In this document: positions 1 through 8,800 of the stretch, piece by piece
How the letters are laid out: every line of letters starts with the position of its first letter
Numbering within the stretch: the stretch's first letter is position 1
Origin: Bacteroidales bacterium
GTDB taxonomy: Bacteria > Bacteroidota > Bacteroidia > Bacteroidales > CAIWKO01
NCBI GenBank assembly: GCA_035389045.1
Contig: DAOORA010000041.1
Location: 1-38,456 of the forward strand
Direction: 5' to 3'
DNA: 38,456 bases
Notes under the pieces: model-generated
What the model was told of the DNA's origin: nothing
The model's input: the letters and a program-made list of their open reading frames with translations, nothing else
The model's database searches: none
Program-made: the position numbers and the translations under genes

Positions 1-1597
1 TTAGTACCTTATTTTTAATATTGATGTATTTTTTGGCATAATATTCAATAGCAATAAGCTGGAATCAGCATCAGTTCTTTAATTTTCTGAGCCATTATGA
101 TGGTTTCTTTTCCAATTTTTGTGATGTAATATTTGTACGAATCGGTTGCCCTTTTTATTAGCCCGTGTACTATTAGCCGTTTTATTAGTCTGCTTATTTT
201 CCCACTATTAAACCCAAGTAATTTTCGCATGTTTTTGTTTCTGAACCCATTGATATTAAACTCACCACGAACAATGGCCGTTAAAACAATTAAATCATCG
301 GCACTAAAGAAGTTAAAACCCTTGTAGTTCCGATTATTCTCGCTTTTAGACGAGGTAACTTTCTCAAGTCTTTCTCTTCCAACTTCTTTATTGTCGAACG
401 CCGAAATAAATTCCAGATATCTTCTGTTTGAAGCTTTCAGATTGTCTGTCAAAAAGGAAAGGCTATAGATGTTTTTCTTTAGCCGAGCTGTCTCATAGGA
501 CGTTGTCCCGTCACGGTGTACTACCTCCCGGAAGTGTTTAAAAAAGCTAATATCGTTTGATGTTGTTTCTATGCGCAACATCTTACTGAACTTGTCGTAC
601 ATTTTTATCGACACTGATCCCATCGTATGTTTTATGCGGCTTCCTTCGATGCGCACATTGTAATTGTTGCCAATTTCGCCTTGATACCTTGGATCAAGTT
701 TATGCCCCAAAAATGTCGCGATGTTTTCAGGTTTTACCGTGTGTATGGCTGTGGCTATAAGTTCACTATAAATCTGTTGCAAATCTTCCTGTTTTTTAAA
801 CACAATATCAGTGGCATATTCTGCTTGCATCACGCTCCAATGATATCTCTGGTTAAAATCTTTGTAAACCGGACAGAATTGCCATGCAAACTCATCTAAT
901 TTGTGGTGAAGTTTCTCCACACTCATATTGTCCGATAGTTCTTGTGCTTTACCGACATCTTCTATACTATCAAATGCATTGTCCATCATGGTATATTTAA
1001 TCCCTGCCTGTTTCAATTCTGAAGCCAGCAAATTGTGACCGTTGATATAGACCTGCAAACGGAAAGGACACCATGTGGGTACGCGAACATATCCAAGACC
1101 AATTTGTGGGTCAATAAAATAAAAATAGTAATGTAAACATTTGCCCAGATCTGGCTTTAAGAATGTTTTACCCGTTTTCTTGTCGTGCCATGGTTTGTAT
1201 GTGTTACATGCCTCCATGACTGAGAGGATATGGACGATGCCAGAGTGATCGCCACGCTGTTTTATCTTCTCCGAAATAATGGACTCCTTCCTGATGCTTG
1301 ATTTGCGGATAAACTCAATGCTCAAACCGTTCTCTTTTGCTATTCGCTCGGCATTGGTTCGGATTACATCTTTGAACGGTTCAGCAAACTTGGGATAATC
1401 AAATATTTTCACCCCGTTCCGATACATAAAAGTTGTCATTCCCTGACTAAAGGAAATCTCTGGTATCGTGCCAGTTAAAATCAGCCTATCGTAACATGAA
1501 AGCACAAAGGCTATTTCGCTTTTGTATGTGTCTGTTAATAGTTTCATGCTATAAAGTTACGATTTTTACCTTTTTGGTTCTGGCTTGTCCAGGTTAG
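1..1597 (-). mobile_element. Putative IS-like element with a single Rep_trans-like/wHTH transposase gene; left end may be cut by the window edge
   Basis: A single ORF fills the segment. TTAG occurs at 1-4 and 1594-1597. A GC-richer motif TTTTGGTTCTGGCTTGTCCAGGTTAGG (1572-1598) sits just upstream of the ORF and resembles ends I recall for this element family. No terminal inverted repeats seen. Confidence 0.55.
45..1547 (-). CDS. Putative transposase (family often auto-annotated as 'MarR family regulator'); Rep_trans-like core plus C-terminal winged helix
   Basis: 500-aa ORF with motifs CYDRL..TG, CLHYYFYFIDP..GL.YVRVPTWCPFRLQ...NGH, QAEYATDIVF and IKMYDK....LRIETT. C-terminal GFRNK...ISRLIKRL..HGLIK......KYY.T..G resembles a winged helix. 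Confidence 0.7.
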   Translation of the reverse strand: MKLLTDTYKSEIAFVLSCYDRLILTGTIPEISFSQGMTTFMYRNGVKIFDYPKFAEPFKDVIRTNAERIAKENGLSIEFIRKSSIRKESIISEKIKQRGDHSGIVHILSVMEACNTYKPWHDKKTGKTFLKPDLGKCLHYYFYFIDPQIGLGYVRVPTWCPFRLQVYINGHNLLASELKQAGIKYTMMDNAFDSIEDVGKAQELSDNMSVEKLHHKLDEFAWQFCPVYKDFNQRYHWSVMQAEYATDIVFKKQEDLQQIYSELIATAIHTVKPENIATFLGHKLDPRYQGEIGNNYNVRIEGSRIKHTMGSVSIKMYDKFSKMLRIETTSNDISFFKHFREVVHRDGTTSYETARLKKNIYSLSFLTDNLKASNRRYLEFISAFDNKEVGRERLEKVTSSKSENNRNYKGFNFFSADDLIVLTAIVRGEFNINGFRNKNMRKLLGFNSGKISRLIKRLIVHGLIKRATDSYKYYITKIGKETIIMAQKIKELMLIPAYCY

Positions 1598-1703
1598 GTT
1601 GTATAAAAAAGGATAATGCAGACAAACAATGTTGTTTTGTCGATTATATCTGATATAACGTCGATTTCATTACTATTTAATTCCTTTGGGTTCTAAAATT
1701 ACA

Positions 1704-1711
1704 TAAATTTG
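1704..1711 (+). promoter_or_regulatory. Bacteroidota sigma-A -7 box (TAAATTTG)
   Basis: Matches TAnnTTTG 40 nt upstream of ATG 1752. The nearest TTTG (1685-1688) gives a 15-nt spacer, which is shorter than canonical. Confidence 0.45.
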
Positions 1712-1954
1712 TTTATCACTAAAAAAAAATAGAAATTAACAAGCGGATATCATGAAACAAATTATCCATGTAATTGTATGCATTGCACTTTTGACTTCTG
1801 CAAAAGTAAATGCCCAGCAGCAGGAATTGTATACATTTTGTACGGGAAGCAGTTATGCTTATTTATTGGATACCTCGTCCACTTCTACGTCAAGTTATTA
1901 TGCCCGGTGGAATATTGGAACAACACCTTATACGGCACATTTCCAAAAAGATAC

Positions 1955-2683
1955 ACTACGGCAGCAACCTGCGTATGGACCTATACCGCCTCAAATATGC
2001 ATCACGATCTTTGTCCAATGCCGAATGGCAATGTCCTGGTACTTGTGCGTGAAACCAAAACCACTGCACAGGTTCAGGCCGTGGGTGGCAATGTTACCAG
2101 CGGTACATATTATTTTGATATTATCCGGGAAATTAAGCCAACAGGTACAACAACCGGAACGGTGGTATGGGAATGGAAATTATGGGATCATTTATGTCAA
2201 AGTAAAGGCTCTTCTTACCCAAATTACTATTCAAATGTGGCCAATTGTCCTCAACGCTGGAATATAAATTGTAATCTCACTACCGATGGTTTTCACCCTA
2301 ATGGTGTTGATTATAATCCCACATTGGACCAGATTGTATTCAGTTCTCATAATCAGGATGAGATTTTTGTGATAGACCATAGTACGACGACTGCTGAGGC
2401 TGCAACCAGTTCCGGCGGGAATTCCGGTAAAGGCGGTGACTTTCTGTACCGCTGGGGCAAACCTCAAAATTATAATTGCACCGCCAATGGCAATGGGATC
2501 ACGTTGAATGTTATCCATGATGCACGTTGGGTGCCTTCAAGCAATGCCGATTACCCGAATTATATCAGTTTTTTCCACAACGGAGGATGCAGCAGCGGGA
2601 AAGCATGTGTATTACATCTGCCTCCGTATAATGGGTATAATTATACGTATACTGTTGGCCAGGTCATTGGACCTACAACTTGA
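1955..2683 (+). CDS. ASST-like beta-propeller fragment (middle piece of the disrupted gene)
   Basis: Part of ORF 1778-2683 carrying HHD, HxN, GGDFLYRWG and HD motifs; it has no signal peptide of its own. Confidence 0.55.
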   Translation, partial: TTAATCVWTYTASNMHHDLCPMPNGNVLVLVRETKTTAQVQAVGGNVTSGTYYFDIIREIKPTGTTTGTVVWEWKLWDHLCQSKGSSYPNYYSNVANCPQRWNINCNLTTDGFHPNGVDYNPTLDQIVFSSHNQDEIFVIDHSTTTAEAATSSGGNSGKGGDFLYRWGKPQNYNCTANGNGITLNVIHDARWVPSSNADYPNYISFFHNGGCSSGKACVLHLPPYNGYNYTYTVGQVIGPTT

Positions 2684-2710
2684 ATAACCCCGACAACACC
2701 TTCCTTTTCT

Positions 2711-5272
2711 GTGGGAAGCATGGGCGGCTGCACGACACTGGAAAACGGAAACATATTGGTAACCAATCCCAATACCCGCTTTTATGAATGTAACGGCACC
2801 GGAACAACGTATCAGAATGTAAGTGTAAGCACGGTTCAGTCTGACAGGCTAAAAAAATGCGAGGTATTGGGACCTTTTGTCACCGCTTCGGCATCGCCTG
2901 CGACTTTATGTGCCGGTAGTACATTGTCATTGACTTCTGCAGCATCGGCGCCCATGCAAAGCAATCCTTCGTATACTTATTCATGGACATCCAGCCCTTC
3001 AGGCTTTACATCCAGTCTTCAGAATCCCACTGTTACTCCGGCGACAGCCGGCACATACACCTATACCGTTGCCGTGTCAAGCGGTGGCTGTACCGGAACG
3101 GCTTCTGTACATGTAGTCGTGAATTCACCCACTGCAACTGCCAGCGTGAGCATTGGTGCCAGTCCCGGCGCTTCCATATGCTCCGGAACCGCTGTGACCT
3201 TTACAGCCACACCAACCAATGGGGGCACGTCACCCACCTATCAATGGAAGAAGGGAGGAACGAGCATTTCCGGCGCCACAAATTCAACCTATACTTCAGC
3301 ATCATTGGCCAGTGGCGATGTTATAACCTGCACGATGACATCCAATCTTGATTGTGTTTCGGGCTCGCCGGCCACATCCAATTCAGTTACCATGAGTGTG
3401 ACATCATTATCACCGGCCAGCGTGAGCATTGGTGCCAGTCCCGGCGCTTCCATATGCTCCGGAACCGCTGTGACCTTTACAGCCACACCAACCAATGGGG
3501 GCACGTCACCCACCTATCAATGGAAGAAGGGAGGAACGAGCATTTCCGGCGCCACAAATTCAACCTATACTTCAGCATCATTGGCCAGTGGCGATGTTAT
3601 AACCTGCACGATGACATCCAATCTTGACTGTGTTTCGGGCTCGCCGGCCACATCAAATTCCATTACGATGACAGTCACTGCTTTCCCAATTGCGGAAGCA
3701 GGAACAAGTGCAACCTATACAGGGACACCCGTAATAATAGGTGATCCTTCCAGTGGCCCCGGAACTTTCAGCTGGTTACCAACGGCTGGCTTGAGCAGTC
3801 CCGGCATAGCACAGCCATCAGCATCACCATCTGTTACAACAATCTATACCTTAACTGTGAACAACAATGGTTGTACGGCTACCGATGCTGTAACTATCAC
3901 TTTCGGAGGAATCGGACATACCATCAGCGGAAAAACCCGCTACGCAGCAAAAGCAAATACCGGCAACCCGGTACCTAATCCACCCACCTATAATACAGTT
4001 ATTTATAATATTGATAATGTGATTGTTATATTAAAAAGCAACCCTGCGGGAACGGAAGTTGCCCGCGATACCAGCGATGTGTTCGGCAATTATCAGTTCA
4101 GCAACATCGCAGATGGCAATTATATTCTTTCTTACGACAGGTATACTGCCGATACGATGCAGACATGCAATGATGTAAACGCAATAGATGTGGCGCTTGT
4201 GAAGTATTTTATCGGCGCTGATACCATGACTGATCCCTCGAGGAATTTTTCAGCAAAATATAAACGGGCAGCTAATGTAGATAATAATACGGCGATCAAT
4301 GCGATAGATATTGCAAGGATAAAAGGTAAAGTAGGTTCACCCTATAATGTTTCCAAGAACTTTCCCAAAGGAAACTGGGTGGCTATTGACACTGCTGTTA
4401 CGGTCGCCGGATCCGACATGAACATTACACTGAAAACCATCTGTTATGGTGATTTCAATGCATCCAGCACCAAATACCGTGACTCACTGGTCAACTGGAG
4501 CATGACCAAGTCGCTGTCACAGAATATCATCGCAGTATCAGAGGATTACATCACAACCGCTGACCCGGACTATTTTGAAATTCCCCTGCGGATAAGTACA
4601 AAAATGAATGATTTTTCGGCATTAGGCCTTGAACTGAATTATCCGGATCAGTATTACCAACTGGAAAATGCTGTGATGCAGGGTGCGGATAAATATGCCG
4701 GCACGGGGAAAATCAACCCCACTTTGGAAGAGATCATGGCCGGCGATGATGACCTGCTGGTGACTGATGAAGACGGCGTGATCAGGGTGGTATACGCCAC
4801 GACAGACCATTTTGATGTAGCCGCCAATGACGAAGTGATCCGGCTGGGTTTCCGGTCGCTGCAGGCCATGAATCCCGGAACTTTGGAATTTTCGTTATCC
4901 GGCACAGGTGTGATTGCTGATCAGTACGGCGAAGAAAATGAAGATGCCTATTTATCGATGCCCAAAATAATGGTACAGGGAAACAAGGCGGAAGCAGGAT
5001 TTGAATTTGAAGGCTTTCCCAACCCGTTTACCAATGAGGTGGCATTAAAATACAGTATCCCGGAATCCGGTAATGTAAAACTGATGGTTTATAATTCAAT
5101 AGGCGAGGTGGTTATGGAGGTGGTAAACGAAAGCCAGGCTGGCGGAAAACATACGGTGCGTTATTCACCGGAGGGCTTTCCGGCCGGCATGTATACATTT
5201 AAACTGGAGTATACCGGATACGAATCAAAGTGTAAAGTGTTGAAATTAATTCATTGCCCTCTGTATAAATAA
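2711..5272 (+). CDS. Residual C-terminal ORF of the disrupted gene: Ig-like repeats + dockerin/cohesin-like cassette + T9SS type A CTD
   Basis: 853-aa ORF with no signal peptide, in frame with the upstream fragment; ends FPNPF...Y.....G.VKL.VYN..GE.V...G.Y..KL.....KVLKL. Confidence 0.6.
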   Translation: MGSMGGCTTLENGNILVTNPNTRFYECNGTGTTYQNVSVSTVQSDRLKKCEVLGPFVTASASPATLCAGSTLSLTSAASAPMQSNPSYTYSWTSSPSGFTSSLQNPTVTPATAGTYTYTVAVSSGGCTGTASVHVVVNSPTATASVSIGASPGASICSGTAVTFTATPTNGGTSPTYQWKKGGTSISGATNSTYTSASLASGDVITCTMTSNLDCVSGSPATSNSVTMSVTSLSPASVSIGASPGASICSGTAVTFTATPTNGGTSPTYQWKKGGTSISGATNSTYTSASLASGDVITCTMTSNLDCVSGSPATSNSITMTVTAFPIAEAGTSATYTGTPVIIGDPSSGPGTFSWLPTAGLSSPGIAQPSASPSVTTIYTLTVNNNGCTATDAVTITFGGIGHTISGKTRYAAKANTGNPVPNPPTYNTVIYNIDNVIVILKSNPAGTEVARDTSDVFGNYQFSNIADGNYILSYDRYTADTMQTCNDVNAIDVALVKYFIGADTMTDPSRNFSAKYKRAANVDNNTAINAIDIARIKGKVGSPYNVSKNFPKGNWVAIDTAVTVAGSDMNITLKTICYGDFNASSTKYRDSLVNWSMTKSLSQNIIAVSEDYITTADPDYFEIPLRISTKMNDFSALGLELNYPDQYYQLENAVMQGADKYAGTGKINPTLEEIMAGDDDLLVTDEDGVIRVVYATTDHFDVAANDEVIRLGFRSLQAMNPGTLEFSLSGTGVIADQYGEENEDAYLSMPKIMVQGNKAEAGFEFEGFPNPFTNEVALKYSIPESGNVKLMVYNSIGEVVMEVVNESQAGGKHTVRYSPEGFPAGMYTFKLEYTGYESKCKVLKLIHCPLYK
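3140..3660 (+). repeat. Near-perfect tandem duplication, period 276 bp (92-aa Ig-like domain)
   Basis: 3140-3384 vs 3416-3660: 245 bp with 2 mismatches by hand comparison. Confidence 0.95.
4433..5256 (+). repeat. Long direct repeat, copy 1 (cohesin-like + CTD coding region); partner at 11918-12741
   Basis: Ungapped offset of 7485 bp; about 17 mismatches in the first 240 bp compared by hand. Confidence 0.92.
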
Positions 5273-5387
5273 CACTAATGGCATAATATCATAGCCCTGC
5301 CATTACAAATGTGATTCTTGTCTTACTATTCTTGTCATCAAAACATACTTATTCATGGATTGTTTGGTGGGTTCAATTTTATTGTTT

Positions 5388-5527
5388 GGGCCCCCGAAAA
5401 GTGATTACTTCGACAATAAGCATTGTTACAACTCTTAAGAGTGTACTTATTTTCAGCGTCTTGCCCTTTAAGTGACAGGGGCAAAAGGCGCTGAAAATCT
5501 TCAATTTTGACTTTTCGGAGTGGGTTC
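5388..5527. mobile_element. Degenerate MITE/REP-like element with terminal inverted repeats and internal hairpin
   Basis: Outer IR core CCGAAAAGT (5394-5402) / ACTTTTCGG (5510-5518). Inner imperfect IR ATTTTCAGCGTCTTGCCC (5449-5466) / GGGCAAAAGGCGCTGAAAAT (5479-5498). Palindrome ACTCTTAAGAGT (5431-5442). No ORF. Confidence 0.5.
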
Positions 5528-5555
5528 TTATTTTCCTTATTAAAACTTTTTCAGT

Positions 5556-5593
5556 AAATACAGGCAGTTGTTATCTTAGTGCCTGTATTTTTT
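5556..5593 (+). terminator. Probable intrinsic terminator
   Basis: AAATACAGGCA (5556-5566) / TGCCTGTATTT (5580-5590) perfect 11-bp stem, running into a T tract. Confidence 0.55.
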
Positions 5594-5751
5594 GAGAAAA
5601 TGATTGAAGACATTTTCTCACTTTGTACACGAAATTTTTCTTTCCCGCCAGGGCTTTATTTCAATGATCATTGACATAATGTGGTCCTATGTGTTGGTAA
5701 ATGATAAATATTTTAAGTGATTTTAAAAAAAAATTGTAGTTATTAACATTG

Positions 5752-5783
5752 TTTGCTTTTTCTTATATACATGACTATATTTG
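5752..5783 (+). promoter_or_regulatory. Bacteroidota sigma-A promoter (-33 TTTG, -7 TATATTTG)
   Basis: TTTG 5752-5755, 20-nt spacer, TATATTTG 5776-5783. Supports a start at ATG 5855 rather than TTG 5753. Confidence 0.7.
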
Positions 5784-5854
5784 TCATTAATACTCAGAAA
5801 TTCCTAAATCAAAAGAAGTGCGGCGCCAGCACTATAATCACTGACAAAATAAAT

Positions 5855-8800
5855 ATGAGAAAATCTATTATTATTCTGATAGCATTTTTAACTTTTGCTA
5901 TTATTGCAAATGCTCATCGTGTTGCGAAAAACGGCACTAAGGGAGGATATATGTCCTGCTTTGCTATTGGTCGTTCAGATGTTTATACAGGAACTCATAG
6001 CGGGGATGTCTTCAAATCCTCAGCGAATGGAGCTGGTCGGTCTGTGATTAATTATAGGAATGCTTCATACTCATCCAATACATTTTTAGGGAATGGATCA
6101 GAAACAGGCATTGTAAATTATGAAGTGTGCAGCGGAACAGGATACTCTTTGAACAATATGGGTTTAATACATGAAAATTCATATAATTATGCATTGTATA
6201 AACAAAATTCCGGAACACAATGTAATGCAATACCTGCAATGACAGGAAATACAATTACTTCAGGAACATACCCCTGTCCGTCATTAAACTATTTTGCCGC
6301 AAAGGCCATAAGCATTGCCGGTACTTACAATGATATAGGTTCTGACGGCATGGTTATCACCACCAGCGATTTTGACGATGCCAATTCAGCACCACAGAAT
6401 ATCGGGTTTTCCTTCGATTACAATTGTCATACGTTTGATCAATTTATATTAAATACTAATGGTTTTATTAAATTGGGAAATATACCACCCTCAACAGCAG
6501 CATTGTTTTTTGATGGCGCCCAGACATCCGGCAATGGAATATTTAACAGTGCCGATACTGCTGATATAAACCTTATTGCAGCTTTCAATCACGACCTGAT
6601 GGCCGGAACAGCTACACCTGAATACAGGGTATATACCTCCGGAACCGCCCCATACCGTGTTTGCACCATTCAGTTTAAAAATGTCAGAGATAAAACAGCA
6701 ACTCCTGCCCAGCAATACGACAATATGCAGTTTCAGATCAAACTATATGAAACCTCAAATATTATTGAATTTGTTTATGGCGACTGGACGCCATCAGCCA
6801 ATGCTTCAGCATATAAAACATCAGCATGCGGGCTTAAAGGTTCAAGTAATTCAGACAATCAATTACTGGCGGTCAATAAAGGTTCAGCTCAGGCATGGAG
6901 TGCGGTTACTTTTTCTAATGCAAACTATTGGACGACTGCAACATTAAATTTCGGCAACCCTCCTGACCGGCCCAAACCCGATGCCGGCAGAACTTTCAGG
7001 TTTATTCCTGTTTATGACATTGACCTGGTTGTCGGTGATATTTTCGCTTTGGGTGAAGCTTCGCTGTATCATTCAAACCCGCAGAAGATAGGTGTTAATA
7101 TAAAAAACTCAGGTTATAATGACCTGACAAATATTCCTGTAACATTAAATATATCTGGGGCGAATACATTTGCAGATACTCAATATATATCCGGTTTGAA
7201 TTCGGGAGAAAGTGCCGTAGTTTATTTTTCTGATTTTTCAGCTGTTTCAAATGGCAGTACAATAATTACGGTTTCTTTACCGGATGATGATTACAATGCT
7301 GATAATACAAAGTCCTGGTCTCAAAATACTAATGATAATATGTGTAATTATTCATCTGCGGCAGCAGCTATCAGCGGTTACGGTTTTACACAGGGTTACC
7401 AGGGTGTATTATATGCAAAATATCACGTTAGTGGCAGTGCAAAAATTAATTCTGTCAAGGCATTTATTTATAATTACGCATCAAATATCGGAAACACCGT
7501 CTATTGCCTGGTTTTAAATTCATCAGGGGCTATTGTAGGTCAATCTGATAATTTTCTTATTCAATCAGATTCCATGGGAATGTGGCATACTTTTCCGATT
7601 CAGACGCCTCCGACGGTGACCGATGATTATTATTATGTCGGACTGGCTGTTCCATCAGGTATTGCAACATACTATCCCATGGGATTACAGAATGAAAATC
7701 CTTCGCGTCCGGATGCATATTTTTATTCAGCTATTGATGGAAGCGGGCTGACACAATTAGATCCGGGAACATTCCCCTACAGGTTTATGGTGGGCTCTGT
7801 CCTTTCGCCGGTATCCTGTGCCGGATTGAACTATCCTGCCGTTAGGGCACAGTCTGTAGCGGGCACCTATGTTGATTTGGGATCAAACGGGGCAATAATA
7901 CCTACGGCAAACTTTGATGACGCCAATTCATCTGCACAGGATATTGGTTTTTCCTTCAACTACAACTGTCAGACGTTCAATCAATTTATATTAAATACTA
8001 ATGGATTTATTAAACTTGGAAATACACCGCCTTCATCGGCAGCATTGTTTTTTGACGGAGCCCAGACATACGGTAATGGTGTTTTTAACAGTACTGATTC
8101 TGCCGATGTCAACCTTATTGCAGTTTTCAACCACGACCTGATGGCCGGAACAGGAACCCCGGAATACAGGCTTTACACTATAGGAACTGCTCCATACCGT
8201 GTTTGCACCATTCAGTTTAAAAATGTCAGAGATAAGACAACTGCACCTGCGCAACAATATGATAATATGCAGTTCCAGATCATACTATATGAAACCTCAA
8301 ACATTATAGAATTTGTTTATGGCGACTGGACGCCATCAGCCAATGCTTCGGCATATAAAACATCAGCTTGCGGGCTTAAGGGCTCAGGCAGTGCTGATAA
8401 TCAATTACTGGTGGTCAATAAAGGTTCTGGATGGGCCTGGAATGCTGTAAATTTTTCAAATTCAAATTATGTCACCACTTCAACGCTGAATTTTGGTAAT
8501 CCTCCTGACCGTCCTAAACCTGATGCCGGCAGAACTTTCAGGTTTGTCCCTGTTTACAACAATGACCTGACAGTACGTGAAATATACACTATGGGCGAAG
8601 CTTCATTGTATTATTCAAATCCACAGAAAATTTCAGTAAACATAAAAAATTCAGGTAATAATAATATGATAAATATCCCGGTAGCACTAAACATTTTCGG
8701 GGCAAACACATTTACTGATGTTCAATATATTTCAAGTTTGAACCCGGGCGATAGTGCCGATATTTATTTTTCTGATTTTTTTGCTTATACCAACGGCTCC

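Larger units (their letters stand above)
1752..5272 (+). pseudogene. Disrupted secreted aryl-sulfate sulfotransferase (ASST)-like protein with Ig-like repeats, dockerin/cohesin-like cassette and T9SS CTD
   Basis: Signal peptide MKQIIHVIVCIALLTSAKVNA in the 1752 frame. Coding sense moves at ~1955 into the 1778 frame (MHHDLCPMPNGNVLVL, VVWEWKLWDH, FHPNGVDYNPTLDQIVFSSH, IDHSTTT.EAA.SSGGNSGKGGDFLYRWG.P.NY). In-frame TGA at 2681-2683, then the same frame continues into ORF 2711-5272. Confidence 0.8.

Noticed and set aside
45..330. MarR transcription regulator call for ORF 45-1547
   Set aside because: The winged helix is only the C-terminal part of a 500-aa protein with mobile-element features.
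1941..1952. Programmed -1 frameshift at TTCCAAAAAG
   Set aside because: In the upstream frame it reads C CAA AAA, not a canonical X XXY YYZ heptamer, and a second lesion (TGA 2681) points to decay.
1778..1954. N-terminal part of ORF 1778-2683, and ORF 1752-2267 beyond ~1958, as real protein
   Set aside because: These are off-frame translations either side of the frame break and lack family motifs.
3140..3660. CRISPR array
   Set aside because: Repeats are in-frame protein domain duplications; no short repeat-spacer pattern or cas genes seen anywhere in the window.
3914..5272. Classical cellulosome
   Set aside because: No glycoside hydrolase, CBM3 or multi-cohesin scaffoldin in the window; only the module types appear shared.
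5753..5854. TTG start at 5753 for the giant ORF
   Set aside because: It overlaps a consensus promoter, and the signal peptide begins at ATG 5855.
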